Shown here piece by piece: positions 15,626 through 30,622 of a stretch of DNA of 64,000 nt (positions are counted from its first letter, which is position 1; each line of letters begins with the position of its first letter). The position numbers were made by a program, and so were the translations under genes. The notes beneath the pieces were generated by a model. It searched no databases. It was given only the letters and a program-made list of their open reading frames with translations, and was not told the origin of the DNA. Source of the stretch: Tubiluchus corallicola (taxonomy: Eukaryota > Animalia > Priapulida); contig JAQGDQ010000158.1 of the NCBI GenBank assembly GCA_030141605.1, forward strand, positions 124,001-188,000. Reading direction: 5' to 3'.

Positions 15626-18600
15626 CTAATCTAACTTAGAAATTATAGAATTTATGTCTTTAGTGTTTTCTAGACATCTCCAAGACAGCTTGAACACCTT
15701 GACAATTTCTTGAAATATTTCCTCATCGTAAACTGATCTTGCCGTATTTGATAGGTCAAACGGTTCTGAAACAAAGAGATGTTTCAAAATATGTAGCCAT
15801 GAAGCAGTGAGGTTAGGTCACCGGGACAGCAATGAATTCTGTATTTTACTAAGCAAACTACTGAGCTTACTGGCTCAGATAGGAAATAGTTAATTGCCAT
15901 TGTTATCCAGTATGCCCAGAATATCATAACTCAAAACAATTCAAATAAAATTAGTAACAGAATATTTAACAGGACAAAAAAAATCCTAAACTCAACAGTA
16001 AAGCTCTGCACAAAAGCTGCTGCAGCCAAATTAAAATTGAGGAAGGTTCCTGGAATGCTTCAAAATCATTACTTTTCTATATAGAACGTTTTATCCAATT
16101 TTGTACCAAATTTACTAAGGTAAACATATGCAAATGTGCATCACACAAAAAAATCCATGAAAATCAAAATATCTTAAACAAGTGATAGGGATTGTGTAAC
16201 ACAGCTTGTAAGGCAAAGATTGGAGGAAGACAGTAGAAAAAATATGCTTGTGAAACTACATTAAACATTCTGTTAGTAAAAACAAAAATGCATAAGAAGA
16301 TACCTTCTATACATAGATACTTCCACTGAGTTGGTGGATTGTCCCTACAAGACCTTTGCTTAATCACAACATGTCGAGGCAATCGGACTCCAGTTCGCAC
16401 GGAAATGCAGTCTTTATCATAACTGTGATGAAGAAGAAAACAGATTGATGGCAAAAAATGTTATGAAAATTTTCCAAGCTCTACAGGTGTATTTTACGAC
16501 AATTCATTCTACAATTTTGCATATAACAAAAAAAGACTACTTAAAATAATGATCATTAGACATAAAAGCCAATATATAGCCGCTAGTACAGGTACAGTAG
16601 GCATTGCCTAATAAACTGCCTAAGACAATCATGTTTTGCCCATCAATAACTGAATCAATTGGCCAAAGTGATTGAACAAAGTTAGCCAATAAATATTGGT
16701 AAATCTAATATTGAACTGGTATTTATTGCTGCTAATTGACAAGTTAACCAGCTGCTAAGTTAAAAAATTACAAAGATTTGTTTTGGCTTCACAGTTTCAC
16801 AAATAAGGAAGTTGAAAAATTCTTTCACTGGAATGAAGCCCAAAATCAGTTTAAGTGCAGACTGCTGAGGATAAATACACATGATGTGTGAGACGACTGA
16901 TGAAAAAACATAACAGAAGCACAAAGGCAACGCAGACGTTTTATCACATACGACTGCCCTACCTAAGACATGAAGCAAAAATATTGAGTCGGTAACGCAT
17001 AATCTTTAAACACTGTTACTGATTGATTATAGCATGTATAAGTCCATATATTTTGCACAGTGCCCAGGAACCTCGTGTGTCTAGACCAATTAAGCAAATG
17101 ATTCAATCAACTAACAAAAATAAACAACAGTTATTGTAAAAGTAACATATTACTTACTTGAAAACATTAGCATAATAATTTAAAAATCCTATAAATAATT
17201 GTCCTAACGAATGATTGTTATTGGACCTCCATCGTGGTGGATTTTCATTCAATGCAAGTGTTCTTACATCACTGCTATTGCTGAACTTGCCCTAAGTCGA
17301 TTAATCACCATTTAAACAAAATAGCTAATACGAAATATTTAAAAGTAAGTGGGACATTTCTTTTACCATAAAATGCTACATTGTAAATAAGTTAAATGAA
17401 AAAAGTGTAACAAAATATTAAGTTATGCACTCATCTAAATCAACCAATATGTCGGGAATTAAAACAAAATGAATGAAATTAGCAAACATATTAACCACTT
17501 TTCTAACACAAATATGCTATGCTAGGAAGAAAGACAAAAAAGATAGTACACATAAATAGCTTCTTATATGTTTCTCATGAGTTTTTCTGATTTATCCTAC
17601 TTTCTTGACATTTTCTTGTTTAATCATTACATTTACATTTAAACAAAATTTAACTGAACAAAACAGATGGTGTTACCCGACCAATATCACCACTAATTTT
17701 TTGGTATGTGACCTGGATAGAATTGCCTACCTAAGGCAATATAAAACAAACAAACAAACAAAATGTTTATGTAGCCTACACTAGAGCAGCTATAAAAGTA
17801 TTAACTGGTAATATTTTGTAAAATTATTACATCTGAAGAAAACACATATTATACATATAAATCCATACATAAATACATATACCTGTAGAATTAATACATA
17901 GACTTATATTTGAATTTGCATTTTTTTAAAGAAAAGAAATGAAACCAGTGATTAAATGGACTAAATATATCGGTAAAATTCTTCATAACTTACGGGCAAT
18001 AACTTGTGCAAACATGGCAATACTGGAGGACTACATCCACACTGCAAGTAATGTATCACCATCAACTGCAGTGAATAACTAGAAATTGTTCTCTGGTTGG
18101 CATCATTAATATTGTGCTCTTTGGCCCAGCGCTTCACAATGACAACAAGCGGACAAACTCGTTCATCCACTAGAAAATGAAATTTCTGTTAATTACACTG
18201 TAGCAACAAAAAACCGAAGCAACTGCAAACATGTGTACAATCTCAGCTGCACTACGTGATACACAATTAAATTCTGGCTTAATTTAGTTATCAGTAAGTT
18301 ACATCTGTTTGTTCATAGACCTGTCAATATTCATCCACAGAGAGCAGGGTAACGTAGTTTGTTAAGGCAGGCTTAGATCAAACTTATGACGCAAAGCAAC
18401 TGAAGACTCAGCATTTGGCTGCAACTGGTAGCCTACACTAATTCCATGCATATCCAGTCGACATAAGCAAGCTTACAATGCAACTCGGTTCTAGCACGTT
18501 GCTCATGTTCTACTCACGGCATACAGTATCCACCCAGTTTCAACCTGAGTATTGTTCTACAATAATTGCGATCTGGCCAGAAATTTTTTTCATTCGTGTA

Positions 18601-21600
18601 TGCTCAGTCTTCGTCAACCTGAGCAGTTTTGCAACTCGTGGAAACTCGTATCTTCCTACTTGCAGGAACTCGGTCTCAGCTGATCTGAGCACGTGTCTAC
18701 GACTGTTTCCTGTCAGATGAGGTGAGTTGCGGCGCTTCGCAGGTTGACCTAAGCTTGGATTTAAAGTTCCCACTATTTGACAAGAATATAAAATAAACCA
18801 GCAACAAAGAGTTAGTAGGATGAGTACTGGCATATCAAAGTTACTAGAGTTTCAAGAAAAAATATCAGCGATGTACAATTGTACATGCTAACTGTGAGAA
18901 AATTTTGTGAAGTGTGTAGAGAATCAGCTTCCTGCTAAGCCACATAATAGTCCCAAAATTATGCTCAGTTTACGTGAGTACCTCCTACCTGTACGTTTGC
19001 TTTATATGCTGGCGAACAAATCAGCCAATAAATCATTACCAATTAAATTTAACAATTTTGCACCAAATGCTATCCAATGGCCTCACAATACAGTAAATAT
19101 CTAGTACAAAGACTTACTCTTGGAATACATGTTGAGAAGATGAGTGTTTCTGATACCAACAGAGTTATTGACATTAATATCAACCTCGACGCCACTAATC
19201 TTATCCTCGAACTTGATAATTGGCACCTTTGCCTGAATAAGAAGTGGTTTACTGATGAAGTCTATAAACAGAAAAAAAACAATATACAAGCAAAAGAAAA
19301 AGTTGTATATTTAATGGACAGCTGGAAAGTTGCCAAACATTAAAAAAAGCAGTCACAGCAACTCTTCCAAATTACAGTCAGCGAGCCAATCCGAGGCTAC
19401 TTCACTAGTTTTTTATTTTTGCCAAAACGAAAATCTTATAGCATAAACCTTCAGCCAGGATAAAAAATAGGCACACTATCAGGGCAGGATTATCCCATAA
19501 GCTAGTATAGCCTGCAGCCAAGGGTATGGCAAGCTTGGGGTCCCTCATTTAGTCAACGAAAGTTTCCAGAAACGAAGTCAGTTTCAATGAAGGTTTCCAA
19601 AAACAAAAACATAAACAAGTTTAGTAACTAATACATAACAAAGAAGGTAGGCTAGCAAAATTTATGTTAAGCAGCAGTTATATTACACGTCACAACTTGT
19701 TGGACACCCTTTTTCATTCAATGTTTTGGCACTATTTAGCGAAGCATGATTGGTAATTATTTACTTGAGACTCAAGTGGCTACTGTTAATGAGGCATTAT
19801 ATGGTGGACTATTTATCTCAAAATCAGTACAGTTAAATAGAATACTCACTGCACTTTTTTAGTGATTTCATGATTGTCTTGAGAATATTTCTAGCCTCAT
19901 ACTTTTGGTCAATCTGGAAAAATAATAAAAAACTACATTCACATTTTATAGATTTGTAAAGATAGCAAAAAGTTGACAACTTTTTAACAAAAAACAGACA
20001 ATATAAATAAGGTCATTAAATCACTTACAGGAGGCCACGTTGTATCATTTAATCATTTGCTATGTTTATTTGTATACTATATATATCATCTGAAACAAGT
20101 TGCCATTCTTAGAAACTGATGAAAAATTCCTATAAATAACATTTCTGACAACAAAAAACGTTAAAATATGACTTTCCATTTTCAATTTTCTTGAATAACA
20201 TAGAAAATGTTAGGAAAATATTTGGGCTTACTTTGAAAAAAAAATTTCAGTTCACTGAACGTAAACTTCCTTTTGCAACCAGACAAAACATTTTAACAAA
20301 ACAGTAAAAAAGTACTAATAAACTGCAACAAAAATTCTATAAAATTGTGTGTGCTTTTCCTTGCCAGCATTTGTCAGCTAAATTTGCATTAATTCGTCAA
20401 TAGTAATCTTTCACAAAGTGCATGCAGTCACGTAGCTCAAGGTTTGAAACTTCAATCCACAAAAGCGCAAGCAAGCATTTGCTATAGATAATGATTTTCT
20501 TACCTCATCCGGACTTAGCATTAAACACATGTCCATATCACTGCTATCTGTGCTGAGGCCATTATTTGATGAGCCGACAACATATAAACCACAATCTAAA
20601 AGCAATTAAAACGATTTACAAGCAATGAACTTACATAGATAATAAACAAATGCATAACAGAATAATTCAACCAGAAACAGAGTTACAATTATTAAAACAT
20701 AACAGATGTAGCCTAGTTAGTATGGCTTCAACCAGCAAACATTACTGGTGTGTGACTCATCTGGGATTTCAGCCACCAACTAGCCTTCAGGTGAAAAGAA
20801 CGAAAATTGTGTTAGACAATTTTGATAATGAAAAATACAAAACACCAATAAAATCAAAACGTTTGTAATTAGTGCCTCCAATGAAATCAAGAAAAAACAT
20901 TTACAGAATATCAGGTGCAAATTTTTAAACCTAGGCTCAGTTTCACAAAACTGTCACTGAGTTAACATCATTATTATCAGTTCAGCGATTGCAATAACGA
21001 CGTTATAAATTTAGTGATGGCTTTGTAGAACCAACCCCTTATCAGCTCCTAAGTGCATGATAAGCAGAATTATGACACAAAACACTAAGTCATGTCAATA
21101 AATCTTTTACTCACTAAGCCTAATTTCACTGCAGAATTATTACACACAAACCTACATGGGTAAATGCTCTTAAGAATATGAAATATTGCATCTCGCAGTT
21201 TCATCTTGGCAAAGTAAACATCTTGGCTTTGACGATGTCTTAAGTAGTAACTCCATATAGCATCAGAAACCTGAAATTAACTCTGATTCACTGCTTGTTT
21301 TTAATATGATATACTTTGAACAATTCTTATATTTAAATTTAGCAGATTTCAATGTTTAAGCTTGACAAAACTGTCGTTAGTATCTCACTTTAATTAAAAC
21401 AGTTGAAATTAGGACTAGTAAAAAAATAAACTGCGGAAGACAATCTTACATCACTCCACTTGGAAGTATCAACTCTGCTTGATATCCTTCCACTAAAAGC
21501 AGCAGGTTTCTGACAATGACCGACTTGAGACGAGGAAGCTTGACCTTAACGAAATTTTTCACATGTAATAACACTTTAAATTAAAGATATTTGTCTGTGT

Positions 21601-24600
21601 AATGTTAGCACATACTACAAATGCAAACCGTATGATTGCAACATTTCATTTCTCCTGTTTGAAGAAAAATGGCGGTTTTATTCAATTTGTAGTTCCAAAA
21701 TATACTCATAATTTTTTCCAGCACAGCAAGAGAGGTTAACAAAATTACATTCATTTAGCTCTTTCACGCATAATTTTCTATTTTGGGACACTTAAGTTTT
21801 CATTGGTACAAAGTAATGTAACGTTTAGGTTTAAAAACCTTTCAAAACACATGAACTAGGTGGTTTCTTTTACATCTTTCTCTATATAAGCTCTCAGTAG
21901 CAACTAAGGAACAATTTTGTTTAGAACTGATAAAAAATATCACACCAAATAAACAGTATGTACTTATGTAACATTTTACAAAGCACAGAGAAACCAATGA
22001 TTATATTATGTAGCTACATTATTATTCTACGAAGCATTTCAAAATTTTACACAGTACTGAATTGTTGTTGTTGTTGTAGTTTATTAAAAAACAATTGTTG
22101 TAGTTTATTAATTGTTGTTGTTGTAGTACAGTAATATTGTTGTAAGTTTTGTGGCTTTCTATTGACGTTCCAAAATTAAACATTATGCGCAATGTAGTAT
22201 AAAAAGTGTAACTAAGCATTTCAGCTAATCAGTTAATACACTGAGCTAAATCCAGTACGTTTGGTTTATTGGTGAAAAAGCAATAGGGTAATGAAAGTCC
22301 TGAGCATTTAAGATACCTGTTTTTACATCCGGTGATACAATATAATATTTAACATATTTGGGGGCTTAATATCGACATAAAATAAGAAAAAAACATCAGC
22401 AAAATGTATCCATAAGATGAAAAACATTTAAGATTTCAGCTACAGCATGTATAGCAGTACAGTACTACCGTTGCAGCCTGTTAAGAGGGGTTAAACACAA
22501 AATATTATAATTTATTTTACATAAAAAAATTAATAATGATACTTAAGCCAGGGCAGCCATGGCGACATTTTTGTGACAGTCACCAAAATATTCCCGCGTT
22601 TGTATTTTGATGCAAATCATTCATGCGCGATTGTCGCCACTTTTTTGCGAAGATTGAGCTTTTTTCTCGCACGAAAATTGCGAGAATGTCGCATATCCAC
22701 AAGACATGTTTGCGCAAATTTGGCAACTTTTTGACACTTATGCAACAAGTCTATTGCAATCATTTCACAAAATTTTCGCAGAGAGTGAAACAGGACAACC
22801 GAGGTTTGCGAAAATGTTCAAAACAGTTGAAAGTCATTGCAACATTCTCAAAAGTATCACAAAATGTTTGCTAAGATTTTGCGGATTGTGAAGTTGCTGC
22901 TAACGTTTCACACATGCCCGCATGTTACGATTACTTTGCTACAGTTTGGCAAAGTAGCAATTGGCAAAGACTCTGGCATTACCAACTTTAAACATTTTAA
23001 ACGAAGTTTCCGAAATTTCTTTTGCCGACGCTGGCGAACTCTCACAAATGTTTGGTGATTGTTGGACTTAGACATTTTTAGATAGTCACTGAAGTAGTGA
23101 ACCCAGTGAAAGCCTAGGTTTACTTTCTGCATCTGCTAACATGCAGCACTTAAGACCAGTGCTACTTACTAACCCAAGGTACCAATTAGAATAAATGAAT
23201 TAAAAAGATGAAGATTTTTAAGTTACCCGCCTGGAATTGACAAGCTGGCAGTATAATTACCTTGCTGTGGTTTCTGCTTTGAATAGAACATTTCTGCTCC
23301 AGTTGTAAGCTTCCTTGCATCTTTAGTTCTACGCTTACTTCCACTTTCCGCACCTTGGGGGCTAACAGAGGCAACATCCAACTGCCGTCTAAAAGTTAAT
23401 GTAAAAAATTAGATAAGTTGAATTTATTAAACTGCTTTTTTATGGTACTGTTGGATTGGTTGACCATGTCTGCATCATTTTTTTCTAAAGACCAAACTCT
23501 ATGAAATAAAGACCAGACTGAGACAATATGCGAATACTGTACAAACTGGAATTTATGAATACATGTTATTTAGGTACCACAACTCACGCACGCACGCACG
23601 CACGCACACACACACATGTATATATGTGTATGTACATTAACTGGTTATACATAATAATTTTAGTTTTATATATGATGCTTGTGTATTGCCATTTGTTGCC
23701 ATCTTGCCATCTTTATTGCCATTGTTATACATACACAAGCATCATATATGAAAGTAAAATAATTATGTATAATCAGTTAAAAAAACTGCTGTTTGAAATA
23801 TTGTTAAAAACAAAATGCCAATACAAGTGGCATCAAATACAAACATTTCAATATAAAAGTAATTCATGTATTACAAATGATACCAAACATCAAACAATAC
23901 ATACAATTATATAATACAAATTCAAATGACACAAAGATATAAAAACATATTTTTCAACATAATAATCAATACACATGAAAACATCACAATCTAAAACCAA
24001 TTAAAACCTACAACATACATAACTCTCTTATAAAGTAATTATAAGACAAAATGCACCTACCAAATGAGACCTTTCCATAATCATACACTTTACTAGGCTA
24101 AACTAAATGCAAAGTTAAAAGTAAGTTGAACTTATATCTTAAAACCTACAAAACACATTAATACATAAAATAAAAATAGGAAAGAAAATAGGAAAGATCT
24201 TTAAAATATGTTAAACCAGCTGTGGAATGTGATACTGGAAATGTAAGAGCTTAATGTTGAGACTGTAAAATGCAACAATTTTCACAGAACATTTTCAAGA
24301 AAAACTTTAGGAAGCACTTACATACTTGGACGTAGAGGGTAGTTAAGATTCAGAATGACAAAAAAATTCAACTATATTAGAAACTACTTACTTTACACCT
24401 CTGCTTGCATGACTCATGTCGCGCGTGATACTCAAATGATAATCTTGATCTCTGCTAGTAAGATGAAAGCCACGACAATTCAAAACATCGTGTTTGTTAT
24501 CTTTTGATGAAACTAGAGGAACAGGTGGTGATGTCTTGGAAAATGCAGCTTGTGAAATGTAAGAACCAAGAGGTGATCTTAAGCCAAACTGTGCCAACGA

Positions 24601-24873
24601 AGCTGAAACAGGTGCAACAGTTTGTCTAGCAGTAATGGATTGTACTGCGTCCGACAATAGACGTGCTGCTGCTAATGTCTTCAGCATTTGTCCAATATGG
24701 CTGTCAAGAATATTCTGATGAGATAAGGCATTTGTGGCACCAGTAACATAGTTACTACTAAGGACGGGCCTATTACTCACATTACAAGGAATTTGGGAAG
24801 TTTGGTTCACATTAGCCGGTAACCGAGATAACACCCATGGATGTAGAAGCTGTCCAGATGGCGTGCTGTTCAT
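15626..24873 (-). CDS. TENT2: Cytoplasmic poly(A) RNA polymerase GLD-2 (TENT2/PAPD4), ~562 aa, 11 coding exons
   Basis: Phase-consistent exons: 24873-24392, 23388-23261, 21544-21450, 21270-21156, 20595-20504, 19913-19850, 19261-19118, 18169-17994, 17291-17158, 16422-16304, 15765-15626. Shows the pol-beta NTase motif VGSSNNGLSTDSSDMDMCL, IQAKVPIIKF, the third Asp in EVDINVNNSVGIRNTHLL, KRWAKEHNINDA..TISSYSLQLMVIHYLQ and the PAP-associated motif CIEEPFDLSNTARSV. The start codon and low-complexity N-terminal exons are less certain. Confidence 0.92.
18369..18756. mobile_element. Putative MITE in a GLD-2 intron
   Basis: Imperfect terminal inverted repeats AGGCTTAGATCAAACT / AGGTTGACCTAAGCTT around a GC-richer interior. 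Confidence 0.4.
19480..19545 (+). mobile_element. 5' fragment of the hAT-like MITE family seen at 41085
   Basis: CAGGGCAGGATTATCCCATAAGCTAGTATAGCCTGCAGCC resembles CAGGCCTGGATTACCCCATTAGGCTAGTATGAACTGTAGCC at 41085. Confidence 0.5.
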
Positions 24874-27800
24874 CACTTTCAAAACAATAAAATTCCTTGT
24901 GTTAGGCTGTGGCTAACAGCAGCCCTGAACTAATGAATGTCTCAATTTGCAATTTCATGGCTGGACATTCCTGAAACAAAAAGCAAGACATCCATGGACT
25001 GTGTGTTCCTGAACGGATTTTCATATGGGCCCAACTAACCTAAACTATCAACGAGAGATATTCATGATACAGAAAGTATAGGATTCTCATAGCATCAACT
25101 AGATGCAACAGACATACTGTGAGACATTACCTGCAATGTTAACGAACTGGAAGACATGTGTGCAAGTCAATTAATCATTGTGACCCCGTGATTTGACTGC
25201 TACTAGTTTTTTTGGCTATTTCTGATCATCAGCTATGAGCTACTAGAGCTACTTACATTTTCACATGTTTCAGTTAATTTTGGTTTTCTGCTGACGTCTA
25301 CCATATTTGTATTTCGTTTAGTCAGTGCAATGGGACATATTTCTCGGTGTGCACGAACAGTGTAATGCTAGAGGTTGAGAAGCAAATATTTGTTGTAGTG
25401 TTGCTGATTCTTAGCAAACATTCAAGCTAGAAGCTTGCAATGTGCAGAGCTGATGAAAATACAATGATTTTAAATTAATTACATTAGCTTTAGTAGACAG
25501 ATACAATATATCTGCCAGGAGTAAATGCTATTTAACTGTAAGTATCACCAGATTAGTGTTTTTGATTTGACACACGATTCTTAGTAGTGCTCGGGGAAGT
25601 TAGAGTTACCACTTTGTCAGCTACTTGAGCTACTTTTTGTAGCTAACAGTACAAATAAAACTGAAATTTCAAATTCGAAACAGATTACAAGCTGATCTGC
25701 CCTGTTAAAATTAACTTTTATTACTCCAGTCAGGAATTTATTAATTTTTGTGCACCAGTCCAGTTAAGCAAAAAAAAAATACTGATAAAAAAGCAGGAAT
25801 TATGGCCTGAAATTTCAGTGGTGATAACATAAATTTGTTAAGAACTGCACTTGTTTCTGTAGTGACAGCTGCCTGCTGGTTAAGTACATGGCATCCATGG
25901 CCCTTGTGCATGCGACATTTTGGCACAGAACACTGACAGGAGATATTTGGGCAAAAGGACATTTGAGCACGACATTTTGTTTTCTGTTTCTGTATAATAA
26001 CAGGAAAAATGCTATGCACCATCAGTACAAAAGTCGTGTAAGTGCACAATAGTGTTACAGTAGCAGTGCTGTATTATATATGACGAAATAAATCAATGAG
26101 AATTCGAGCTAGTAAACAATTATACAATTGCAGCTTTGCTTAAATACAGTTTTTCTTGATGGCAAAAATATTATGACAGCTTTTGAAAGAATTAGGGATG
26201 CTTTTAAAGTGCTTAGTTTTTTACTACATAACCATTAAACAAAAACACAGATCAATTTTACATGGGTCACCAATGACCACTAACCTAAAATGATAAAACA
26301 TTACAGAGTGTATAATTCTTTTGAATTGGAATTACGAGAACATTCGATTCAGTTTCGGTAAACAATTAGGTCAGCCCGACATTCCAGTTCAACTAGACAT
26401 TTTATACGTAATTCAGTTTGGCAGCATGGCCGGTCATTCGGTTAAGCATTTTTTGGTGGGGCCCAAGCATAAAAAATCGCTTTCAGTTCGCTAGAATGTG
26501 CTTTTGGTGCACCCCTATGTTGTACCTATTTTTTTTATTTTTGTTTATTAAATTTTAAATGATCAGCTATAACTTCCTAGCTAGAACAATTTACTTTTTA
26601 AAAATCATTGCTTTATATGCATTACAAAAACTAGTAAGTTGGCTTTGCACTTTTGTGGTTTTTCACCGTAATTCAGTATTTTATGTTTAACTTTTAAAAT
26701 AAGTGAAGCAGAAGCAGACACCGCATGTATACATTAGCATTGTATTAAAATATAACAGCATATATATTTTAAAAATACTTGCTGCATCACAAAAACAGTT
26801 AGTAAAAGAAATGTGTGTCACAAGAAAATCTATTCAAATCAAAATTTATAAGTTTAAGTAAGTTTATAAGTTTATTTATTTCCACTCTGCATCTAACAAT
26901 TATAATAAAAATACAGATAATTTCACTGAAGTAAATATAAATATAAATGCAGTATTATCCAGAAATTACAAAATACAGCATATACATGTGCAAATTACGT
27001 TATAGAATAATTTTTATGCATACAGTTTGAGCCTAAAAGCATAGCTTGACAGGCCAAACTGTACATGGAAATCTTAAAAAAAATGATTAATAATTGAAAT
27101 AATGATAATATATACATAAAAGTGGGGGGAAGAGTAGTGAATGAAAGATGAAATGGAGCGAGAACTAAGAAAAACTGTGATCATGATTATAAATTGTTCA
27201 GTAACCTGTTGCGCATAGTCACATTATATTAAGATTACTGTGGAAAAAAAATGCAGATTATTATTATTATCAAATTGTGTTACTCTTTATACTTTTGAAA
27301 TATTTCTTTTCTGATTTAGCCTCGGTACAACTAGTGCAGCTTTTTAAAGGAAGACCAGATGATTTTTCATATATAAATTTTAACACAATTAATAATGCAA
27401 AAGCATTTGTGATAATTAAATAATAGATTAAAATCTTAATTAAAGGCAGGCGAACCCAACTATTGATGACATCTCAAACTAACATAATTTTCAATAGAAA
27501 AAATAATATTCCACGAGCGTGTTGCACGTGTTTGTGGAAGCGAAAATTGAAGTTTAGTGCTACTGTAAGATGTTCAGTGTGTTCTACTAAAAGTAGGCAA
27601 GTTTTATGATAAAATTCAAATTTCAAATTTACTGCTGTGCTCACGCATGAGCTGTCGAACGTGTGTAGTTCACCACAAACTAACACATCTGAACTGAAAG
27701 GTACAGCACCTGTTTTTTATATGATGAGTTTCCATAATGCCCGCCTAACTAAAGAATGGCAAAATACATGTAACAGCGAAGAACTAGTGGTGCGAATGCA

Positions 27801-29429
27801 AAATTGTTTTTGCTTGGTAATAATTCTTTCACGTAAGTCATCTGAAAAAAATAGTTTCCTTTTAACTTTTAAAAGAGTAGATTGTTTAGACCAACAGTTT
27901 AAGATTGGGTCCGATTTTGCTTTAACTAAGATTATATCACAGTACTATATACATTGGACACTTGGTGTACTTTAGGAGAAACCATCCTAAAATGTGTTGT
28001 TTAGTTCATTAGCTGCTTACATAAATAACTAGCTGTCAACTTGAAAACGACTAGTTAGAACAGTTAGTAAGCGAATTAAATGCCGTATGCTTATCAATAT
28101 CATGATTAATTTAACAATAATTGTAGGCATTTTTACTTGTACTGTAAAATGTATGATAATATTATGCATTCAGCAGCAGTGTTTTTACACCTCCTAAGCG
28201 TGGTATACTATATTATAGTACTATGACTTGTTTCCAGTTTTACACAATCGTACTCACAAAAATTATTACTTCTTTTGATACAAAAACTTTAGATGGTTTA
28301 AAGTTACACGGTGATTACAAAGTTACATTACTTTGCCTAGTGCAGAATCTGCTGGAGAACTAGTACGCTACCATGAATGGTCAATTTAGCATTTAATTTA
28401 ACTGGGGTAGCTGTCGCTAGTAAATTTGATAAACTACCGCAAATGATCATGTTGGGAGCAGAGTAAGACACTAGTTGAAGTAGGACGATTGGCGTACATA
28501 GGCTAGACGATATTAATCTTTCTGAAGAGAAATAAGCCCGCTTTTTAGGCAACTCCAACATTTGCTTAAGGTATATCATTTTTTATTTTGTCTAGCTTCA
28601 CAGATAGGTGATCAGTTTCACTCTTTCTTGGACAAATAATTGTTTTCTACTAAGTAAACGGCTAGCGAGCTATGTGCCCTACATAGCTTCCCTCTTTAAA
28701 GCATTAGATACTTAGTTTAATGTTAAGATGATATTAATGGAGCTAATAATAATGATATTATTGGAAAAATACATTTGTAAACTGTAAAGGACTATCGATC
28801 ATTATTATTAATTTAATATTATAAAGTTACTTTTTTGCGAAAAACAAATTTAGTTTTTTTGTTTTATTATGTCATAATTCTCGATTCTTGACAGAAATCC
28901 CCTACCTGGGCTGTCCATACTTCGGCTAGTGGTATACTCGCGCCCTACCGGTTAATTTACTTAGCGTTTAATTTAACTGGGGTAGCTGTCGCAAATAAAA
29001 AAAAGTTGGAATTTGATTTCACTAATTTTCTCTTCACATATAGACGGTTTTTATATGCATGAAAATAACTGAACTTTCACTTGAAGGAAGTTTCATAGCA
29101 CAAGTTTTAGAATAAAAATAACTTTGGAACTCTAAGACATTAAAACACCTCTAACCTCGTCTAACGTGACTGACTTCGTGCTTCAAGCCGATCGTGCACA
29201 TCTTGACTAGCTCAATTCAGTATGCTTTTATTTGGCCAACACCGCTGAAATACTTATTGCTTTACTTACTTAATACTCATCTTTACTTATGTTGTCTTCG
29301 GGGATCGTTGTTCACATTTAAGCAAAAAACCTCATTAGCAACAATTACTCCGATCCCCAGGGAACAGTAAAGCCGTATGACTGCAGCAGACTTCTGCCCT
29401 TCAAAATGTGTTAAGATTTGCGTTTTTAA

Positions 29430-29960
29430 GACAGTGGTGGAAAACAGCGTGGTAGAATTGGCAACGATGGTATTAGGGTAGAAACGATGCAAATAGTTCC
29501 AAATTGGCAATATTCTAATTGAAAGACTACCTTGGCGAACCTTAAGTCTAGCAGGTTCATTAAAAAGTCTGAATTAAGTTTCTCCTCGTGTATGGCATGC
29601 TGTCTCACAGCTGAAAAAGTCGTCAAAACTGAGAATGGTGTTATCTACCGTAACTAAATCAGCATGTAGGCACCTTTCTTCCAGCCAGTGTTGATATGTG
29701 GAGTTCTTGCAATCGCTGTGGGTAGGTAAGATTCTCCATACCTGCACCCTGCACATAAATCTTCTCTGTACAGATTCCAGCACATCATTGTCTTTCAGGT
29801 AATGTGGATTCCAAACTAAACTTGCATCTCTAGCATAGGCCTTGTAAACGAGGAAAACAATCGAAGTCTGAAGTCTGGAGCTTTTGTTTGGAAGCTGACA
29901 TTGATTACTTTCAACAATCCATTTCTTGGCTGTACTGTTACAATGAGTTGCAAATTTTAA
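29430..29960 (-). mobile_element. Degenerate CR1/L2-type LINE 3' fragment
   Basis: The minus-strand peptide WNPHYLKDNDVLESVQRRFM...LHADLV...SFDDFF...TRG is typical of the post-RT C-terminus of CR1-group ORF2. It is frameshifted. Confidence 0.7.
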
Positions 29961-30530
29961 ATTTTATGTTATGATCACCCCCCCACCCCCCACGTTCACA
30001 GTCGAATTCATTTGCACTTCATTAATATGGTGTGAACAGACGAAATTATTAAAACCAAAGCCAATGACTTTATATTTTATTATTATTGTTTTTTTAACCG
30101 CCAGTCTGACGCCCACGAAGCTAATGACAAGAGATCCGCCGTAATGCCATAATAGGTTAGCATCTTCAATCGTTGTGGTTTCTCTAAACACTTTGGCATT
30201 GTAGCATATTTGTAAGGATTACTATTTCATACAGTACTAGTAGAGTCATTTATATTATAGCAGCAACAAGATTGGCCCCAAGATCATGCCCTGGGGTACT
30301 TTGCTTACTACTAAGTATAACTCGCTATTAATTACTATTTAACTCGGAAGTGGTGCTGTCAAACCACTGGCATGTCAGTGTCTATTTTTTGCTGGATTAC
30401 AGTTGTGTTCGCCTGCTTTTAGGGCTACGCAACAATATTTCAGGTGTACATTTTTTATAATGCCTACCCATACGACAAGACACAAGAAATAAAATTAAAC
30501 AAATATAAAATAGACTACGGATCTATTTAC

Positions 30531-30622
30531 ATCTCTCTCTCTCTCTCTCTCTCCCTCTCCCTCTCTCTCGGTCTCTCTCTCTCTCCACCTCTCTCTCGCT
30601 GTCTCCCTCTCTCTTTCTCTTC
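30531..30622. repeat. (CT)n imperfect microsatellite
   Basis: Direct reading of the sequence. Confidence 0.9.

Noticed and set aside
22545-23120. Cluster of short overlapping ORFs in a GLD-2 intron
   Set aside because: Degenerate TCGC/GCGA-rich repeat-like DNA with no recognisable protein and no convincing termini.
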